Below, piece by piece: positions 31,048 to 43,445 of a stretch of DNA of 64,000 nucleotides. The notes beneath the pieces are model-generated. The model made no database searches. It worked only from the letters and a program-made list of their open reading frames with translations, and was not told the origin of the DNA. Origin of the DNA: an uncultured Bacillales bacterium (lineage in GTDB: Bacteria > Bacillota_I > Bacilli_A > RF39 > UBA660). The stretch lies in contig CATLHA010000003.1 of the NCBI GenBank assembly GCA_949948745.1, positions 5,708 to 69,707 of the forward strand, in the 5' to 3' direction. How positions within the stretch are numbered: the first letter of the stretch is position 1; each line of letters opens with the position of its first letter. The translations under genes and the position numbers were made by a program.

Positions 31048-31974
31048 TTATAATTCATCGTCCTTTCTAGGATGAAATTCTTCATAATCACTTCTAACTT
31101 TTTTATTAGAAATATGAGTATAGATACGTGTTGTAGAAATATCACTATGTCCAAGCATCTCTTGAATTACTCTTAAGTCCGCCCCATTTTCAAGCAAATG
31201 AGTCGCAAAACTATGACGTAATGTATGTGGAGAAACATCTGTATTAAGTCCCTTTTCCAAAAGCAATTTTTTAAGTATTTTAAAAAATCCTTGTCTAGTA
31301 ATAGGCTTTCCATGATTATTTAAAAACAATTCATGATACTTCTGTTTCTTTTCTAATTGACTTCTTATAGTTAAATAATTAGATAATGATTCAATAATAT
31401 AATCATTAATAGGCACAATTCTTTCTTTTCTACCTTTACCCATACATCGAACAGTACAATTAATCAAATCGACATCATTTAACGTTAAACTAAGCAATTC
31501 ACTAATTCTTAATCCTGTCCCATATATCAATTCTAACATAGCTTTATTCCTATAGTCAAATGGAGTAACAGTCTCAACATCTAGAAGTAAATCCACCTCA
31601 TCAACAGATAAAGTATTAGGAAGTTTTTTCATAAGTTTTGGTTGATCAATATTTTTGGAAACATCTTTTCTTAAATACCCAATTTTCATAAAATATTTAT
31701 GAAAATTTCGAATAACTGTAATAGAGTGAGAAATAGATTGAGGTTTTAATCCGTCATCACTTAATTTCTTTAAATAACGAACAATGTGATCATATTTAAT
31801 AACCATAATATCATTTACTTTTTGCTTACTCAAAAACAATCCATATTTCTTTAATTCATTAGAATAGGATTCTTTCGTATTATTAGTTAAATTTTGTTCT
31901 AATATTACATAATTTAAATATTCTCTCATTTGATCACATAATGGATTTAATATTATCAATTCTTTTTCTTTCAT
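31048..31974 (-). CDS. xerD: Tyrosine recombinase XerD
   Basis: C-terminal HTLRHSFATHLLENGADLRVIQEMLGHSDISTTRIYTH with catalytic Tyr; internal MKEKELII start chosen (~308 aa). Confidence 0.85.
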   Translation of the reverse strand: MKEKELIILNPLCDQMREYLNYVILEQNLTNNTKESYSNELKKYGLFLSKQKVNDIMVIKYDHIVRYLKKLSDDGLKPQSISHSITVIRNFHKYFMKIGYLRKDVSKNIDQPKLMKKLPNTLSVDEVDLLLDVETVTPFDYRNKAMLELIYGTGLRISELLSLTLNDVDLINCTVRCMGKGRKERIVPINDYIIESLSNYLTIRSQLEKKQKYHELFLNNHGKPITRQGFFKILKKLLLEKGLNTDVSPHTLRHSFATHLLENGADLRVIQEMLGHSDISTTRIYTHISNKKVRSDYEEFHPRKDDEL

Positions 31975-32066
31975 AGTATCACCAAGTCTATAGACAATTA
32001 TAACATATCTCTTTATTTCTTTCAAAAAAGAAAGATATTTGATAAAATATAGATGTGGTGATAACA

Positions 32067-33296
32067 ATGAATAAACCCTTAGCTTTAAAATTAACACCAA
32101 CTACAATTGATGAAGTAATTGGACAAAAGCACTTATTAGGAGAAGGAAAGATATTAAGAAATTTAGTAAATAATAAACGAATATTTTCTATGATTCTATA
32201 TGGAAAACCTGGGATTGGTAAAACAACAATCGCAACCGCTATAGTAAAAGATTTAGGTATTAGATATCGTTTTTTAAATGCTACTATGAATAATAAAAAA
32301 GATTTTGATACAGTAGTAGAAGAAGCAAAGTTATATGATGGAATTGTCCTAATCATGGATGAAATTCATCGATTAAATAAAGATAAACAAGATTTACTAC
32401 TACCCCAATTAGAAAGTGGATTAATTACTTTAATTGGAATGACTACCAGTAATCCATACCATAAGATTAATCCAGCAATTAGAAGTAGATGTCAAATATT
32501 TGAATTAAAGGATTTAGAAACAGAAGACATTATAGAAGGATTAAAGCAAGCAACAAAACATGAAGATTTAAAAGGAATTAAAATTAAGGAGGAAGCTTTA
32601 AAATATATAGCCTCTTTAGCTGGAAGTGATCTTCGTTTTGCTTATAATTTTCTAGAAATGGCATTCTACTCCTCTAATGATAAAAATATAACATTAGAAT
32701 TACTTAAAAGCATTAATAGTAAACCAGTTATCATATCAGATAAAGATGGTTCAGGACACTATGACTTACTAAGTGCCTTTCAAAAGTCCATTCGTGGTAG
32801 TGATGTAGATGCAGCCCTACACTATTTAGCTAGACTTATTGAAATTGGAGATTTAGATAGTATTTATCGAAGAATGAGTGTAATCGCATATGAAGATATT
32901 GGTGTTGCTAATCCTGATATTGGTCCTAGAGTCATGGCTGCTATTCATGCAAGTGAATTAGTTGGACTTCCAGAAGCAAGAATTCCACTTGGAGAAATTA
33001 TTGTGGAAATGACACTATCTCCAAAATCTAACACTGCTCATTTAGCACTTGATAAAGCATTAGAAGACGTACAAACTGGTAGATGTGATGATATCCCAGA
33101 AACAATAAAAATACATTCTACTACCTATAAATATCCACATGATTATCCAAATAATTTTGTTGTACAACAATACCTACCAAATAATTTAATAAATAGAACA
33201 TATTATATCCCAAAAGATACATCTCCAAATGAAAGAATGCTAAAACAAATTAAAGAAAAATTAGATCAAATCAAGAAGAATAATCATTCAGAATAA
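32067..33296 (+). CDS. rarA: Replication-associated recombination protein A (AAA+ ATPase RarA/MgsA)
   Basis: Walker A GKPGIGKTT, Walker B IMDEIHR, sensor motifs; ~410 aa. Confidence 0.9.
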   Translation: MNKPLALKLTPTTIDEVIGQKHLLGEGKILRNLVNNKRIFSMILYGKPGIGKTTIATAIVKDLGIRYRFLNATMNNKKDFDTVVEEAKLYDGIVLIMDEIHRLNKDKQDLLLPQLESGLITLIGMTTSNPYHKINPAIRSRCQIFELKDLETEDIIEGLKQATKHEDLKGIKIKEEALKYIASLAGSDLRFAYNFLEMAFYSSNDKNITLELLKSINSKPVIISDKDGSGHYDLLSAFQKSIRGSDVDAALHYLARLIEIGDLDSIYRRMSVIAYEDIGVANPDIGPRVMAAIHASELVGLPEARIPLGEIIVEMTLSPKSNTAHLALDKALEDVQTGRCDDIPETIKIHSTTYKYPHDYPNNFVVQQYLPNNLINRTYYIPKDTSPNERMLKQIKEKLDQIKKNNHSE

Positions 33297-33312
33297 AGGA
33301 GGAAAATAAAAA

Positions 33313-33810
33313 ATGACTGATGGAAAAAAGAGAGCTGTTTCACTTTGTATTTTAGAAACTGAAAAAGAATATTTATTAATCCGTCGTGGAAAAGAGAAAA
33401 ATCAAAAAGAAGATTGTGTTAATCAATATATACCAATTGGAGGAAAAGTAGAAGCCCTAGAAACCCCAGAAGATGCTGTTATTAGGGAGGTGAAGGAAGA
33501 AACTGGAATTTTGATAACAAACGCAAAATTAATGGGTGTTGTAACAGAAACATCCCCACTTCCTAAATATAATTGGGTTCTTTATATATTCACTTCTAAA
33601 ATCAAAAAACAAAATCCAATAGAATGTAGAGAAGGATATTTTGAATGGATAAAAAAAGAAAATGTCACTACTCTTCCAACGCCAGAAATAGACCAAAAAA
33701 TTTATGAGTATGTTAAAAATAATCAAAAATTCATCATACATACAATCTATGATGAAAATTTAATACTACAAAGTGCCTATGAATATATAGAAGAAAAAAA
33801 ATTAAAATAA
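33313..33810 (+). CDS. NUDIX hydrolase
   Basis: Nudix box GGKVEALETPEDAVIREVKEETGI. Confidence 0.8.
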   Translation: MTDGKKRAVSLCILETEKEYLLIRRGKEKNQKEDCVNQYIPIGGKVEALETPEDAVIREVKEETGILITNAKLMGVVTETSPLPKYNWVLYIFTSKIKKQNPIECREGYFEWIKKENVTTLPTPEIDQKIYEYVKNNQKFIIHTIYDENLILQSAYEYIEEKKLK

Positions 33811-33856
33811 ATTCAAAAAATAATTAAAATAATAATAAATGGATTTTGGATAAGCA

Positions 33857-33886
33857 AAAGAGAGCTAATTAGCTCTCTTTAATTTT
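33857..33886. terminator. Bidirectional terminator between NUDIX gene and dnaJ
   Basis: AAAGAGAGCTAATTAGCTCTCTTT perfect hairpin flanked by A/T runs. Confidence 0.6.
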
Positions 33887-33931
33887 GATACAAAACTAAA
33901 TTATTGATAAGAAAATATCTCTATCAAAATC

Positions 33932-35053
33932 CTATTTATCATTATCAGTTACAAACTGATTAAAACTTTTAATTTCACTATCGATTAAACCAGTATCACG
34001 TAAAGCTTCAATCAACTTTTTCTGCTCTTTAGAAATTTTCTTTGGAGTAACAACCTTTAAGACAATATACATATCTCCCTTACGATGAGTGGAATCATTT
34101 TGAATACCTTTTCCTTTAATACGATGCTTATCTCCAGACTCACTACCCTCTGGAATCGTTAAAACAACATTACCAAACAGTGTAGGAATCTCTTTTTTAG
34201 TACCGAGAATTGCTTCAGCAATAGTAATCGGAGTTTCTAAGTAAATATCATCTCCATCACGTACATAAAATTTATGATCACTCACTGTAAATTCAATATA
34301 TAAATCTCCATTAGGCCCACCATTTGTTCCAGCAGAACCCTTTCCTGATAGACGAAGACGATTTCCATTATCAACTCCAGCAGGAACCTTTACTTCTAGT
34401 GTCTTCTTTGTCTTTATACGCCCACTACCATTACAATGTTTGCACTTATTTTTATAAGTTTTACCAGTACCATTGCAATTTGTACAAGTAGACTTTGAAA
34501 GAAAACTCCCAAAAATAGTTCTTTGTTCACTAGTAATGGTACCACTTCCATGACATTTATCACAGGTAGACTCATCGAACCCACCTTTTCCATGACACTC
34601 TTCACATTTATCAATAATATCAATACTAATATCTCTCTTGGTTCCATAAACTGCTTCCTCAAATGATAATTTCATTCGAATTAGAGAATCATTTCCCTTA
34701 GTTGGACGGTTTGCTCTGGAACCCCCTCCAAAGCCACCCATTCCACCGAAAATGTTATCGAAAATATCTCCATAATCAAATCCAGAAAAATCGAATCCGC
34801 CAAACCCTGAAGCACCACCTGCTCCACCACCTTGGAAAGCTGCATGACCAAATTGATCATATTGTCTCCTTTTCTCTTCATCAGAAAGAACAGCATAAGC
34901 TTCTTGTACTTCTTTAAATTTTGATTCAGCATCTTCTTCTTTACTTACATCAGGATGATATTTCTTTGCCAATTTACGAAAAGCAGATTTAATTTCATCT
35001 TGAGATGCACTTTTTTCTACACCCAAGACTTCATAATAATCACGTTTTTCCAT
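33932..35053 (-). CDS. dnaJ: Molecular chaperone DnaJ
   Basis: J-domain YYEVLGV...HPD, Gly/Phe-rich region, four CxxCxGxG zinc-finger repeats. Confidence 0.9.
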   Translation of the reverse strand: MEKRDYYEVLGVEKSASQDEIKSAFRKLAKKYHPDVSKEEDAESKFKEVQEAYAVLSDEEKRRQYDQFGHAAFQGGGAGGASGFGGFDFSGFDYGDIFDNIFGGMGGFGGGSRANRPTKGNDSLIRMKLSFEEAVYGTKRDISIDIIDKCEECHGKGGFDESTCDKCHGSGTITSEQRTIFGSFLSKSTCTNCNGTGKTYKNKCKHCNGSGRIKTKKTLEVKVPAGVDNGNRLRLSGKGSAGTNGGPNGDLYIEFTVSDHKFYVRDGDDIYLETPITIAEAILGTKKEIPTLFGNVVLTIPEGSESGDKHRIKGKGIQNDSTHRKGDMYIVLKVVTPKKISKEQKKLIEALRDTGLIDSEIKSFNQFVTDNDK

Positions 35054-35071
35054 TTTACCACCTTCCAATTT

Positions 35072-36865
35072 CTATAATAAATTTCTATACTCATCAATAA
35101 GTTCTTCAAACATATCTAGTGCTTTATCAATAACACTAGCATCTAACATATTAACGCCAGCTACTTGAAGTTCTTCTACTGGATCTAGAGAATCACCAGT
35201 TTTTAAGAAATTCAAATAATCTTCTACCGCATTTTCTTCTTTATTCCTAATTCTATTTACAATATAACATGCAGCAGATAATCCAGTTGCATATTGATAT
35301 AAATAAAAATTATAGTAAAAATGTGGAACTCTTTCCCATTCATAGCGAATTTCATCATTAACAATAATCTCATTTCCAAAATATTGTTTATTTAATTCAT
35401 AATATCTATTACAAAGCATCTCATTCGTTAAAACACCTGTATTCTCATAAGTAGAAAAAGCATAATCTTCAAATTCGCTAAACATCGTTTGACGATAAAT
35501 TGTCGATTTAAATAATTCCATCATTTCTGATAATATAGCACGTTTTTCTCTAACATCTTTAGAGTGTTCCAACATGTAATAATTAAGTAACATTTCATTA
35601 ACTGTAGATGCAACTTCCGCAACAAAAATTTTATAATCACTATAGTTATAAGAATTATTTTTAGTTGAATAGTATGTATGCATAGAATGTCCAAGTTCAT
35701 GAGCCAAAGTAGATACATCATGATAATTTCCTTGGAAATTTAATAATACATAAGGAAGTGTATCATAACTACCTGCAGAATAAGCTCCACCACGTTTTCC
35801 TTTGTTAGGATATACATCAATCCATCTTTCACTAAAGGCTCTCTTAATATTAGATACATAATCATCGCCAAACACTTGAACTACATCTAATACAATTTCT
35901 TTTGCTTCCTCATAAGTATATTTTTTATCTACACCAGGCTCTAAGTTAAGATAAGTATCATATAAAGAAAAATCCTCAAGATGAAGTACATCTTTCTTTA
36001 ACTTAATATATTTATACATGATATCCATTTTCTTATGAACAGTATCAATTAAATTATTATATACTTGAACTGGAACTCTATTTTGAAACAAACTAGCTTC
36101 CTTACTGTTTTTAAAACCACGTAAACGATTGATAGTACTTCTAGAAGCAATATATCCTTGAAAAGTCTCCGTTAATGTCTCTTTATATTTCTCATAAGAA
36201 TGATACATCATCATAAATGCATCTTTTCGAACTCTTCGATTATTACTTTTGTTATATACTAAGTAATTTTCATTTGTTAGCATAACTTCTTGATCATTTT
36301 CATCTAAGATAGTTCCAAATTGAAGTTCAGAATTACGAATTGTTTTAGCCACTTTAGATCCTGTCCCTAAAGCAACTTGTAAAGAAGAAAGAATTTTTTC
36401 CTCTCGTTCACTCAATGTATAAGGTTTATCCCTAAAAATTCTTTTCAATAATAGCTCATAAGGCTTAAGTTTTTCATTTTCCTTAATCATCTTTAAAATA
36501 GTATCAAATTCCACTTTTAACATCTCTGGTACAAAAAATGAAGTTTTCTCCAAGTAATCTGCTTGTAGTTGTTCAAACTTCCCATATAGTGTTTGACTCT
36601 CTGTGTTAGAAATATCCTCATCAAATCGTCTGACAGCATAAGTTCCTAATTTACAAATAAGTCTTTCTGTAACTTCACTTTTTTCTAAAAATTCAAGAAG
36701 TTTATCAGAGGAATCCAATAAATGTCCCTGAAAAGAATTTAATTCTTTTGTTAATTCTTTTACTCGTTCATAATCTTGATTATAATCCACCATAGTTGAG
36801 TAAATTTTTTCTAGGTCCCAGGTAAATTCTTTTTTCTGCTCACTACGTAATATTTCTTTTTTCAT
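35072..36865 (-). CDS. pepF: Oligoendopeptidase F (M3B family)
   Basis: HELGH zinc-binding motif in HELGHSMH; 597 aa. Confidence 0.8.
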   Translation of the reverse strand: MKKEILRSEQKKEFTWDLEKIYSTMVDYNQDYERVKELTKELNSFQGHLLDSSDKLLEFLEKSEVTERLICKLGTYAVRRFDEDISNTESQTLYGKFEQLQADYLEKTSFFVPEMLKVEFDTILKMIKENEKLKPYELLLKRIFRDKPYTLSEREEKILSSLQVALGTGSKVAKTIRNSELQFGTILDENDQEVMLTNENYLVYNKSNNRRVRKDAFMMMYHSYEKYKETLTETFQGYIASRSTINRLRGFKNSKEASLFQNRVPVQVYNNLIDTVHKKMDIMYKYIKLKKDVLHLEDFSLYDTYLNLEPGVDKKYTYEEAKEIVLDVVQVFGDDYVSNIKRAFSERWIDVYPNKGKRGGAYSAGSYDTLPYVLLNFQGNYHDVSTLAHELGHSMHTYYSTKNNSYNYSDYKIFVAEVASTVNEMLLNYYMLEHSKDVREKRAILSEMMELFKSTIYRQTMFSEFEDYAFSTYENTGVLTNEMLCNRYYELNKQYFGNEIIVNDEIRYEWERVPHFYYNFYLYQYATGLSAACYIVNRIRNKEENAVEDYLNFLKTGDSLDPVEELQVAGVNMLDASVIDKALDMFEELIDEYRNLL

Positions 36866-36930
36866 AGTTCTCCTTTATAACAAACAACTAAGTTCTAGGC
36901 TTTCTAGAACTTAGTTACTTATCTTATATT

Positions 36931-38751
<1,821 letters not shown>

Positions 38752-38774
38752 TTATCATTTCCTTTCAATCACTT

Positions 38775-39347
38775 TTATTTTTCATTATTTTCTTGTGGAG
38801 TATCCACTTTATTTACTTTAACTACAGCAGGTTTAATAACCCTCTCTTTGTATTTATATCCTTTCATCAGAACTTCTAGAACCATATCATCTGGTTTTTC
38901 AGGATCATTTCCAACAAGCATTGCTTCCATATAGTTCCCATCAAAAGGATATCCTAAAGCTTCAATTTCAACAACTCCATATTTTTTTAATATGTCATGG
39001 AATTGTTGATTAATCATGCGAATACCACTTTGAATTTTTTCTTCCTTTTCTGTCTCTGCTTTCACATTAGCAGCATGATCTAAGTTAGCCATAACATTAA
39101 GCAAATCCATAATCAAATCTTGATTTGCATATTTTAAGGTATTCGCAACTTCTTCATCTTTTCTTTTTCTATAGTTAATAGCATCTGCTTGTGTATACAT
39201 TAACTTATTTTGAAGTTCTAAAACACTCTGTTTTAATAAAGTAAGTTCCTCTTTTTCTTTATCGACAGTCTCATTTTCTAGATTAGGAGCATCTTCTGCT
39301 ACCTCTTTTACTACTTCTTCTTTTTTTTCTGTCTTATTCATGATCAT
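38775..39347 (-). CDS. grpE: Nucleotide exchange factor GrpE
   Basis: Position between hrcA and dnaK; coiled-coil N-term and GrpE C-terminal motif; 190 aa. Confidence 0.85.
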   Translation of the reverse strand: MIMNKTEKKEEVVKEVAEDAPNLENETVDKEKEELTLLKQSVLELQNKLMYTQADAINYRKRKDEEVANTLKYANQDLIMDLLNVMANLDHAANVKAETEKEEKIQSGIRMINQQFHDILKKYGVVEIEALGYPFDGNYMEAMLVGNDPEKPDDMVLEVLMKGYKYKERVIKPAVVKVNKVDTPQENNEK

Positions 39348-40335
39348 CTTCCTTATCTTCTATATTCTCCTTGATAAATTCAAGAAGTGCCACAACTCTT
39401 TCATAATCCATTCTCTTTGGCCCAACGATACCAATTGTACCTTCTTCTGATGGTGTACGATATTTGGTTTGAACAATAGTAACATCTTCATCCAGATTAT
39501 TTTCTTTACCAATGTATATTTTAATATCACTGTTATCAGAATCAATATTAGTTAATAGTTCTGTATCATCCAGTTTACCAAAGATATTTTTAATCTTTTC
39601 TACATTATTAAATTCTGGTTGTTTTAAGATATTATTTCTACCAACAACATTGATATTTTGGTTCGAAAAATCCTTAAACACTTGATAAAATGTATTATAA
39701 ACCATTTCATGTTCTTTTACATATCTTCCAATAATTGGTTTTACTTCAAACTCTAGTTTACTACTTACTTCATCAATTGGAGTACCTGCAATTAAGTCAT
39801 TGATTAAATTTACTGTTTTCTTTATTTCATCCAAAGAAACATTTTTAAAAGAAACTTTTCGATGTTCCACATGACCCTTATCAGTAATCACTATTGCAAT
39901 CATATTATTCGTATCTAATGGAACAACATTCATTTCTTTCAAATGATTCTCATGACTTGCTTTTCCAAGTACAATAGACGTATAGGAAGTAAGTTCAGAA
40001 ATAAGCTTCAAACTTTGATTTAGACAATCACTAAGTTCTAATTCGTTATTACGGAATATTATTTGAAGTTTCAACATATCTTCACCATTAATTTCCTTTG
40101 GATTCATTAAATGGTCAACATAATAACGATAACCTTTTTCACTAGGTATTCTTCCTGAAGAGATATGTGTTTTTTCTAAAAGATTTAATTCCTCAAGTGC
40201 AGCCATTTCACTTCGAACTGTAGCACTAGAACAGTTCAATTTCTTACAAAGCAAGTTTGATCCAACTGGTTTTGCAAGTTGAATGTAGTTTAAAACAATT
40301 AGTTTTAAGATTTCCTTTTGCCTTCCTGTAAGCAT
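39334..40335 (-). CDS. hrcA: Heat-inducible transcription repressor HrcA
   Basis: N-terminal MLTGRQKEILKLIV...PVGS winged-helix; ATG at 40335 preceded by AGGAGG; first gene of the dnaK operon. Confidence 0.9.
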   Translation of the reverse strand: MLTGRQKEILKLIVLNYIQLAKPVGSNLLCKKLNCSSATVRSEMAALEELNLLEKTHISSGRIPSEKGYRYYVDHLMNPKEINGEDMLKLQIIFRNNELELSDCLNQSLKLISELTSYTSIVLGKASHENHLKEMNVVPLDTNNMIAIVITDKGHVEHRKVSFKNVSLDEIKKTVNLINDLIAGTPIDEVSSKLEFEVKPIIGRYVKEHEMVYNTFYQVFKDFSNQNINVVGRNNILKQPEFNNVEKIKNIFGKLDDTELLTNIDSDNSDIKIYIGKENNLDEDVTIVQTKYRTPSEEGTIGIVGPKRMDYERVVALLEFIKENIEDKEDDHE

Positions 40336-40344
40336 AAACACCTC

Positions 40345-40371
40345 CTAGCACTATTTTTTCTCGAGTGCTAA
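40345..40371 (-). promoter_or_regulatory. CIRCE operator (HrcA binding site)
   Basis: cTAGCACT-N9-CGAGTGCTAA matches TTAGCACTC-N9-GAGTGCTAA consensus; lies just upstream of the hrcA RBS. Confidence 0.8.
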
Positions 40372-40390
40372 TATCATTATATTATTATGA

Positions 40391-40418
40391 TTAGCAATTG
40401 TCAATATATGAGTGCTAA
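40391..40418 (-). promoter_or_regulatory. Second, imperfect CIRCE-like element
   Basis: TTAGCAATT-N10-GAGTGCTAA, 20 nt upstream of the first CIRCE. Confidence 0.5.
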
Positions 40419-40458
40419 TTTTTTTTAAAATAAAAGGAAGTACACACTTCCAACATTT

Positions 40459-40902
40459 TTATTCGCATTCTGAACTAGCATAATCCTGGCATTTTAAACA
40501 AGCATGATACGTATAACCGTTTATCTTATCATTCTTTTCTTTTTTCACATAAGCATAGGATTCTTCTTCATCACAATATTTATTAGAATGTTTTGGATCT
40601 TTTACCCGATCCATATAGTCTTCTTCAACTAAAACCTTCAAAGGAACTTTTACAACTCCATCTACTTCCGTAGGAAACTTCTTATCTTTACAAAAAGTAG
40701 AAGTACGATCAGAGACACATTCCACCATAATTGTATTAATAGACTTAATCATGCTTTCTTCTGCGGTTTCATAAGCTCTAGACTTTGTATTTAAAATATA
40801 ACGATTATATGACGGAATTGCAATTGATATTAAAACAGCCAAAATTACAACAACTGCTAACATTTCTATTAAAGTAAAACCAGAATTACTATTCTTTCTC
40901 AT
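40459..40902 (-). CDS. Type IV pilin / pseudopilin-like protein (ComGC-like)
   Basis: Prepilin leader MRKNSNSGFTLIEMLAVVVIL with the class III signal-peptide cleavage motif G/FTLIE. Confidence 0.6.
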   Translation of the reverse strand: MRKNSNSGFTLIEMLAVVVILAVLISIAIPSYNRYILNTKSRAYETAEESMIKSINTIMVECVSDRTSTFCKDKKFPTEVDGVVKVPLKVLVEEDYMDRVKDPKHSNKYCDEEESYAYVKKEKNDKINGYTYHACLKCQDYASSECE

Positions 40903-41028
40903 ATACTTATCTCCTATTCTTTATCTTACATTATATAGTATATCACTAATTGATTACTTAGAAAAGTTTTATTTTCTATTTATGTATAAGAGAAAAGAAT
41001 CTAAAATTTTTTCAAAAAAAGAAGAAGA

Positions 41029-42024
41029 CTAATCTTCCTCCTCTTCTCCTTCTTTTAACATCGTAGTAATAAATATACCATATCCCTTGTCAGTATCATT
41101 CACAACCACATGAGTAACAGCTCCTATTAATTTATTATCCTGAATAATAGGACTACCACTCATTCCTGCAACAATACCACCAGTCTGTTCTAACAATCTT
41201 TTATCTGTAATCTGAAATAAAATATTTTTAGTAGGACTAGATGCATCAATTTCTAATATATTAATTTCAAACTCTTCAATGTTGTTTCCTGATAAAACAG
41301 TACGAATACTAGCCTTTCCACGTTTGACATCTTCTGGTTCGCAAACTTCGATAGCGTCTTTAGAGGAAATCTCACCAGTAAAGGTTCCAAAAATTCCACT
41401 TTCTTCATTTTTTACAATATCTCCATAAATATCATCAGTAGAGATATGTGCTTGCTTTTCCCCTGGAGTACCATCTCTACTAGGTCTAATGTCTGTAACT
41501 TCAGATTTAAAAATCTTACCATTTTTCAATTCTACTTTCTCATAAGAGTTCTTATCAGCTATTTCATGTCCCAAAGCTCCGTAATTTAAAGTATTTGGGT
41601 CAATATAAGAAAGTGTTCCAATTCCATTAATCTGATCTTTTACATAAATTCCTGTTTTATAAATTCCTGAATCATCTTTTTCTAATTTTAAACTAGTAGA
41701 TAAGCTTTTTCCATTTCTTAAAAACGAAATTGAAATTTCACTTTTTTCTTTATACTGATCTATTAAAGAAATCATTTGATCAATATCAGTAACATCTTCA
41801 TTTTCAATTTTTAAAATAGAATCTCCTACTTGAAAACCAGACTCTTCTGCAATATAACGATCATTAACCTTATAAAAGCCAACAATTGTCACATACTTTG
41901 TATTTAATCTTATACCGACATTCTCACCTCCAGGTATAACATAAGGAGAATATGCAAATACTAATGATGGAATCAAAGTTAAAAGAAAAATAAAACTAAT
42001 TTGTAGTGTTCTTTTTAAATTCAA
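41029..42024 (-). CDS. spoIVB: SpoIVB peptidase (S55 family, PDZ + serine protease)
   Basis: PDZ segment and catalytic-serine motif GGIVAGMSGSPII; TTG start at 42024 with AAGAGGTGA RBS gives signal-anchor N-terminus MNLKRTLQISFIFLL. Confidence 0.7.
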   Translation of the reverse strand: MNLKRTLQISFIFLLTLIPSLVFAYSPYVIPGGENVGIRLNTKYVTIVGFYKVNDRYIAEESGFQVGDSILKIENEDVTDIDQMISLIDQYKEKSEISISFLRNGKSLSTSLKLEKDDSGIYKTGIYVKDQINGIGTLSYIDPNTLNYGALGHEIADKNSYEKVELKNGKIFKSEVTDIRPSRDGTPGEKQAHISTDDIYGDIVKNEESGIFGTFTGEISSKDAIEVCEPEDVKRGKASIRTVLSGNNIEEFEINILEIDASSPTKNILFQITDKRLLEQTGGIVAGMSGSPIIQDNKLIGAVTHVVVNDTDKGYGIFITTMLKEGEEEED

Positions 42025-42305
42025 AAGTATCACCTCTTTTCTTTTTAAAAAATCTACTACACTAATAATATTGTCATTTTTAAAAACATTATAGCAAGAA
42101 AAAAATGCCAATTAAAATTGACACTTTATTTCTATAATAGACAATATTATTATAAACTTTTCCTCTATTCAACAAACTATTTTACTTAATATTTAGTAAA
42201 ATAATATCTTCTTTAGGAAGATAATCTTTTTCAATTACTTATTTAGTAGTTTCTTGATAAATACCTATTATCATCCATCAAATCAGTAAATACTATTTTT
42301 CCGTT

Positions 42306-43445
42306 TTAATCTTCTTTTATATCATAATTTATATTTAAAAACCAATCGAACGAGTATGTGTTTTTTTTTAATCTTTCAGATCCTGTTTTATTACTAATAA
42401 TAGAACCAATTAAATAAGAATTGGCATCTTGAACCAAACGAATGCCCTGATAACTTTTTAAAACAAATCTCGTAATTAAAAATGATAGGATAAGCGATAT
42501 AATAAAAACAATTCCAGTAATTAAATTGAGATGGATTCCTCCAAACAATGCAGTTGTAATAAAGAAAAAGAATCCCATTAAAATTAAAAATAATAAAAAT
42601 AGTTTTGGCTTTTCTACAGGAGGATTTCCAGATATTTTCTTCGTCTGTCCATTAATCACATAATAGTAAACTTTTCCATGATACTTGATATGAAATAACC
42701 AAACAGGAAGAAGTACATAATCCAAGTTAATAGTGGAAGGAATTATTTCCTTTTTTACAGTATTTACCTTTTTATATTTTAAACTTGTTTCCAGTTCTCG
42801 TACAATTGTTTTGGTAGCTCTTAAAATTGCATTTTTAGAAGCTTCCCCCTTCGCTAAATCATATTTTTCTGCTAAAAAACCTGATAAATAAGATTCATTA
42901 AAAGGAACCAGTTCTTTATAATCAAACGGCTCAATAGAGTTCATCAGAGCATCATCTAAATACTTAGACCCATCAACTGGAATATCGAAGAAGAGAAATT
43001 TTCCCTCCTTATCAAAACCATAAATATCTGTAGTAGTATGTTTGATATATCCATCCCACCAGGAAGTTATTTTTTTACCAGTACCAGAGATTTTCCCTTG
43101 AATACGAAAATCAGACAACCAGAAAGGAATATAAATTCCTTCAATCTCAGAAATATTTTTCTTTTGAAAAAATCCAAAAGGAGATAGTAAATGAAAACGT
43201 TTTACTGTCAAAAACAACTCAATTGCATCTTCCTTTGAAACTTTAAAAGGAATAATAGAAGATGGTGTAAATTCATTTGTAATTCTTTCCATTATAATTG
43301 CAGTACTTCCACAATAGACACAAGAAGTGGCTGAAGTATTAGAAGAAGTAATAATTTTAGCTCCACAATTTTTACAAGTATATCCATCATAATCACATTT
43401 TGTCTTTTGAAAAAGTTTGTTAAAATTTACCTCCGCCTCCACCAT
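42306..43445 (-). CDS. Zinc-ribbon-containing membrane protein (paralog of 44313..45359)
   Basis: CKNCGAKI...SCVYCGS zinc ribbon, conserved NEFTPSSIIPF...IYIPFWL...DDALMNSIEPFDYKELVPFNE...YVLLPVWL blocks shared with the other paralog, C-terminal TM helices; start uncertain. Confidence 0.45.
   Translation of the reverse strand: MVEAEVNFNKLFQKTKCDYDGYTCKNCGAKIITSSNTSATSCVYCGSTAIIMERITNEFTPSSIIPFKVSKEDAIELFLTVKRFHLLSPFGFFQKKNISEIEGIYIPFWLSDFRIQGKISGTGKKITSWWDGYIKHTTTDIYGFDKEGKFLFFDIPVDGSKYLDDALMNSIEPFDYKELVPFNESYLSGFLAEKYDLAKGEASKNAILRATKTIVRELETSLKYKKVNTVKKEIIPSTINLDYVLLPVWLFHIKYHGKVYYYVINGQTKKISGNPPVEKPKLFLLFLILMGFFFFITTALFGGIHLNLITGIVFIISLILSFLITRFVLKSYQGIRLVQDANSYLIGSIISNKTGSERLKKNTYSFDWFLNINYDIKED

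Noticed and set aside
31048-31974. XerD-type recombinase 3 kb from the CRISPR locus as a possible sign of a mobile island
   Set aside because: The sequence looks like the housekeeping chromosomal XerD, with full C-terminal catalytic motifs. It is adjacent to deoB as in Bacillus (ripX-drm neighbourhood). No flanking att-like repeats were noticed
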